Assembly: GCF_902459465.1 (NCBI RefSeq)
Contig: NC_047064.1
Span: 18,972,001-19,036,000, forward strand
Direction of reading: 5' to 3'
Source of the DNA: Asterias rubens
Taxonomy: Eukaryota
Length of the DNA: 64,000 nucleotides
Made by a program: the position numbers and the translations under genes
The notes under the pieces: generated by a model
The model's input: only the letters and a program-made list of their open reading frames with translations
The model's database searches: none
Told to the model about the DNA's origin: nothing
Part shown: piece after piece, positions 58,591 through 64,000 of the stretch
Position numbering within the stretch: position 1 is the first letter of the stretch
Layout: every line of letters starts with the position of its first letter

Positions 58591-60602
58591 GAAGGCTGAA
58601 TTTGTTCATTTAATAATATTATGAACACGTTTATGTTTGGTAGAGTCAGACAGGCACATCTCGTCAGGTCATTGCGGTAAGGAAATAAAAATTCTGAACG
58701 AGTTTTGAATGTTTTGGAAAAATACAAACATGGACCATGCACAAAATGTAGCATGCAAAACTGTTTGTGGCTAACGTACGTGTACGTCGGATCCCGACAT
58801 AATATCCAGAAGTAACTAAACAAAAAAACAAAAAATAGGAAACGCCCATCTATATGCGCAGCGCTCAGCCAATGATCTACCTCTAGCTGGGGGCGCCCTA
58901 CTCAAACGCAATTTGCACTAGGCACAGCTTCACAAAATGGTGGGTGCAGTTGGGGGGGGGGGAAACAAAGTCAAAAGTCAAACTTGGACTTGTATATTAT
59001 AGGCCTCGAAGATGCGAGAAGTTATAGCGCCGGGCCTACATTACGACTTGTTCATTGGAATACTTGATCTGTCTGCGCAGAGAAAACAGTTGAGTCAACG
59101 GCGACACGTGACCATTCAAAGTAGGACTTCTAACTAACTCTTGTCAAAATTTTCGCTCAATCCACTTGGCATTGAGAAACTAATTCCGCGAAGACAAAAC
59201 GAATACAGCACGGGTATGATTACCCTAGTTTATCAAATTCACTCTCCATGTTTTTCTTTTTCTTTTTTTACCGAGGTAACACCATTTGCACCATCCCCAA
59301 GAAGTCTCATCGATAAAAATTAATTACAAAGCGATCCGAATCAATGCTTCAGCACCTTGACTTCACTCCAGCCTAACCCCTAGTCGGTCTTAACGTCCCT
59401 GAAAGCAGACAATTAAAACACGATGTAGCATATGTGTCTTAATCGATTACATGCGATAGTCCGTCCGGCTTTCCATATAATGAAATTAATTAGTCAGTTC
59501 TAATCAGTTTGTGTAAAGACAATAAAGAACCAGGCGCCAGGACGGGTGCGAATACTTCCCATGGATGACCATCGCGTGGTTTAGTTTGTTCTCTCTAGAA
59601 AGCGACTAAAAATACAACATATGCCGATCATGAAACAATAATTATTTTGTCTGTCCCCTTTTTTTTTTTTTTTTTTTACACGGACTCTTTTTTAACGCTG
59701 TTAATTTGCCAATTGCCGTGATACACACGTTGGTTCAGCACTTTGTTTGATAGAGCCGAAACTAAAACGTGTAGTTACTTACTTACCTATAGGGTATGGC
59801 CCAAACAGTTAAACCTGTTTCACCTTGAGCCCTTGCACAATACTGCATTGTAAAGTATTACTCTAATCTGACAAGAATAGAATAGTTTATTATACATCAG
59901 ATATTAAATCATTATTTACTTTGATAACGAATACAAAGAATCGGTGTAAACTGGGCGTGTGATATGCAGATATAAGCAGTGTGTATACCTAATTTCCTGA
60001 TACTGCAAGGAAAAGAACTTTCGTTGGAAAACACTCGAGAAAGTGCCAAGTCGACTACAGCTCGTATTGAAAACATGTTAAATTCGTTGATGGCGTTCAA
60101 GTTAACACAGATTGTTGTGTGTTTCTGACAATTGGGGCCTATGGGCTTTCTTTAGCAAGAAATGTAGGCCTTTTTGAAGAAACTTTGAACAGCTCCAATG
60201 TTCCCTGAATGTTCCCACTCAGAGTTCGGAGACTCTTCAAAGACTGGGAGAATTGGGTCACGACTTACACGTTGACTTATGCAAATTGTCCAAACTGTCC
60301 AATCACTAATTAGGCAGCGACTCAGAACAGTGATTGGCCGTGACCCCCTTCCAGTACACCCCTTATCCACCACCAACTGTTACCCCACTGGTTTCCTGCG
60401 CTAAGTGGACTTAATACGCCGGCCAGTATGACTAACCCTTCTGGTGGCGCCTAATATGGTTACCGTTTCTCATTACGATGTTCAAGTTTATAGTAATTGA
60501 CAAGTGCATGCGGGATTTAATTACTGCCCGATCGATATCTGTCAATTTAAGAAGTCGCACCGGGCTTGTAACTACGAGTCCAGGGAGGTTAGGTTTGTTT
60601 CT

Positions 60603-60636
<34 letters not shown>

Positions 60637-61350
60637 AGGAGGTTATTGGGTGATACTGCAATTTTTAGATTGGGATGGAAAATAATAATGTCAAAAAATA
60701 ATAAATAACTAGTTCTTATATAGCACATATATATATTGTGTTCACCATATTTCAAAAAGGCTAATTTTCATCATGGCATAAGAACTTGCTGGTGTGTCCG
60801 AATCAAGAAATGATGGCCATAGCTGCAACAGTTGAAGAACAATGCACACTTCAGCAACTGTCTAAATTGTTAAATTGGACACAGCTACCGTTACAATTCT
60901 GAGGCAGAAAATTTTTCCTTAAAACGCAGTGTCAGAATGGTCACCTTTAATTGCCCCTTCCATACACAGATGGTTGTACGATACGAAAACTTCAATCGCT
61001 TTGGAGGAAATTCCGGGAACCAAATCAGACACATACATCTTTGCTATAACCACCGGTTTCAAACTTCCCTGCATATCTTGATGTAAAGCTATGCAGGAAC
61101 AGGGATTTTTTTTTTTACAAATAACGAATAATAAATCATACCATTAATGATAGCATTCACCAGTTTTTGGATCACAACCTGAACTTCGATGAAAACGTAC
61201 TTTCTCGACCTGTTCTTGAAATCTCCTTGTTGTAGGATATTGAAGTTTCTCAAATAAAAACTAGCCGTGTTATACATTCTGATAGCGATATATACAATAA
61301 TGAAGGTTGTATCAAGAAAGGAACCTCCTTGGTTGTAGTATAGCACTTAA

Positions 61351-61728
61351 AGGCAGTGGACACTATTGGTAATTACTCAAAATAATTATTAGCATAAAAC
61401 CTTACTTGGTAACGAGTAATGGGGAGAGGTTGATGGCATAAAACATCGTGAGAAACGGCTCCCTCTGAAGTGCCATAGTTTTCGAGAAAGAAGTAATTTT
61501 CCACGAATTTGATTTCGAGACCTCAGATTTAGAACTTGAGGTCTCAAAATCAACCATTTAAACGCACACAACTTCGTGTGACAAGGGTGTTTTTTCTTTC
61601 ATTATTATCTCGCAAGTTCGATGACCGATTGAGCTCAAATTTTCACAGGTTTGTTATTTTATGCATATGTTTAAATACACCAACTGTGAAGGCTAGTCTT
61701 TGACAATTACCAATAGTGTCCACCGCCT
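61351..61728. mobile_element. MITE family A, full length
   Basis: TTAA flanks 61347-61350 and 61729-61732; central palindrome at 61511-61551. Confidence 0.9.
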
Positions 61729-62361
61729 TTAAAAAGTAATCAAAACAAAAACTACATCTAGGATTTTATAACAACAACTTTTTCCCATACCATTGCACCA
61801 TCACGGTATAGCCGCATTTTGTGCTGCAAAGGGATCACCTTAATCAAGACTCAAGACTTCATCAGCATGAAGGGTTTTTGGCTCTTTGAGTAGACGTAGA
61901 TAACCACGCAAAACAGTGTTATTAAACCGAGTTCCCATATTATACCACTGGCTATTCTTGATTGTTTGGCATAATATTATAAGCCTACCGTCAAACTACA
62001 GTGATTTACAGAGAGATATGTCATCTGACATAAAAATGGTCTTCGAACATCTACTGACATTCTGGCAAATCAATACAACTCGTCACAAATGTTAATCACG
62101 AAATTGATTGATTTTTTTTTTTTTTTTAATTGGATGGTTGGTGTATAGGGGGGGATATAGGGAACTTATTAAGCGCAGCAGGGGTATAGCTTATGCCATA
62201 TGTCACCAAGGGATACCAAGAGCTCCTTTCGGAATTTCCCAAAAATTATGAAGGCACGAATGGCAACAAATATTATGCGTCACTGGTACACCTCACACAG
62301 ATGCATAGAGATAAGCCAGAGCTACATGTATAGGAATTTTACTCTCTCTAGCTATACTTAA

Positions 62362-62739
62362 AGACCTGGACACTATTGGTAATTGTCAAAGAACAGTCTT
62401 CTCACTTGGTGTATCTCAACATAAGCATAAAATAACAAACCTGTAAAAAATTGAGCTCAATTGGTCGTCGATGTTGCGAGATAATAATGAAAGAAAAAAC
62501 TTCCTTGTCACAAGAACTTGTGTGCTTTCAGATGCTTGATTTTGAGACCTCAAAATCTAATTCTGAGATCTCGAAATCAAATTCGTGAAAAATTCTTCTT
62601 TCTCGAAAACTACGTTAATTCAGAGGGAGCCTTTTCTCACAATATTTTATACTATCAACAACTCTCCATTACTCGTTGCCAAGTAAGTTTTTATGCTAAC
62701 AATTCTTTTTTGAGTAATTACCAATAGTGTCCAGTGCCT
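62362..62739. mobile_element. MITE family A, full length
   Basis: TTAA flanks 62358-62361 and 62740-62743. Confidence 0.88.
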
Positions 62740-64000
62740 TTAATCTAGAAGCAAGCGCTTGCACACACTGCATATTACACAAGGTCATGTACCTGGCCGA
62801 CGTCGATATACCATGATGATGCACATTCGACTAATTTCACTCTAACGTGATTACCGGCAAACGACGAGGCAAACCCGGGCAGATAAGCTAAGTAAAATTT
62901 ATCTAAATTAACCCGAATGTTCATTTGTCAATGAGGGGAGAGAGAGGGGGGGGTGGTTGTCAGAGGCATTTCCCCGAGATTGAAATGCTGGGAATTAACT
63001 TTGCAAGAGTAACCCACGTTTAGTGAATTAAAATGCATAAACTTCTTGCCAAAAAGACTGCCTCGCTATGTTGGAAGGGAAGTCTGGTTGGCCGTTTAAT
63101 TTTCTTAATCACCGAGGCAGGGGCACTGCGGCTTCCACCGCGCTTTCGCGCAAACCTCTTTTACGATGCCGCAAAATCGAACTTTGTTTAATTGGCGTAC
63201 CTTCAATTATTTCCTCAATGCATTCTATGAGTTTGCACTGCCCTTTAACATTAAGAGATATTTCTGGTAACAGAACCATTGTGTCATTATGTACAACATC
63301 AATAATGTTGCACTACATTTGTTTCAGTATTCAAAGCCCGGGTCAGAGTTGACCCGGATCTGAATTCCTTGGGGTCAGTATGACTCGAAATCTCGATCAA
63401 TTGAGAGGTGAGATCGAAATGAGTTAAAATCACATTTCAGACTGACCCAGAAATGGGTCAGGCATTGACCCGGAGTCCGGGTCAATCTGACCCGGAAGTA
63501 ATTCCAGATTGTAGTTGCGGTACCTCTTTTGAAGTAGTTTTGGAACATTTATGTTTAGCAAACCATGCATTTGGCAAAATGTGCCCGATTACATGGGGCT
63601 GCTGGAAATATTGTTGAGAACATTCTTAGTGCAGGGAACAAGTCACGTCACACACACAAACAACGTGTATCTTAACTCTTCGTATCTGGGACTGCTGCAT
63701 GGAGGGTGGGTAATGTCTCTGCTACGCACAGCTTCTACCTATAGCACTCTCAGCTCTAAGACGTTGCCCACTGTTCACTTATGTCTCCACGAACCACACC
63801 CTACGTGCTTTACTATCAACTGTTAACAGTCGAACAAAATGGGAGGGGCAACTACCCCTCCCCAATTCCCCTAATCTCGGTGGTTCGCACGCGGAGGAAA
63901 TTGTTCACCGTTAAGTCATTAGCCCGCGTTAACTTTCGAATTGGAAACCGGAAGCCTGTTTGAGTTTTGCTGACCTTCCATGCAAACCGTACCCAGGAAG

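Noticed and set aside
2564-62727. Recurrent similar ORFs (e.g. 2564, 3549, 3562, 4916, 5095, 7654, 23382, 52750, 53167, 61389, 62518) reading MCAFRCLI..RSRNQIR or ..KITSFSKT
   Set aside because: They are chance frames through MITE A/B copies, with stops and frameshifts that differ between copies and no protein domain. They are not a gene family or a transposase.

Overview
This is AT-rich eukaryotic (animal) genomic DNA, probably an invertebrate deuterostome such as an echinoderm (taxon is inference). It is not prokaryotic, and there are no CRISPR arrays, rRNA genes or intact tRNA genes. I reconstructed two multi-exon protein genes by hand, both on the + strand in head-to-tail order, with GT-AG introns and consistent phases. 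The first is a 6-exon JmjC hydroxylase, HSPBAP1 (22258-28316, 573 aa). The second starts 775 bp downstream and is an 18-exon type II membrane M1 zinc aminopeptidase of the ERAP1/ERAP2/LNPEP(IRAP) type (29092-44438, 1025 aa). The rest is intergenic or intronic DNA packed with non-autonomous elements: about 16 copies of two related TTAA-flanked, AG-terminated (Kolobok/T2-type) MITE families, several other foldback MITEs, tRNA-derived SINE pieces, LINE remnants and tandem duplications. There is also a 391-bp assembly gap. The most notable non-coding signal is at least six minimal hammerhead-ribozyme motifs of the Penelope-retroelement type in two families, one with a U3-A8 compensatory core. Each copy is damaged at a different position, so both family consensuses are intact ribozymes. 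Four copies sit in introns of the aminopeptidase gene. Almost all short ORFs in the supplied track are spurious readings of repeats.
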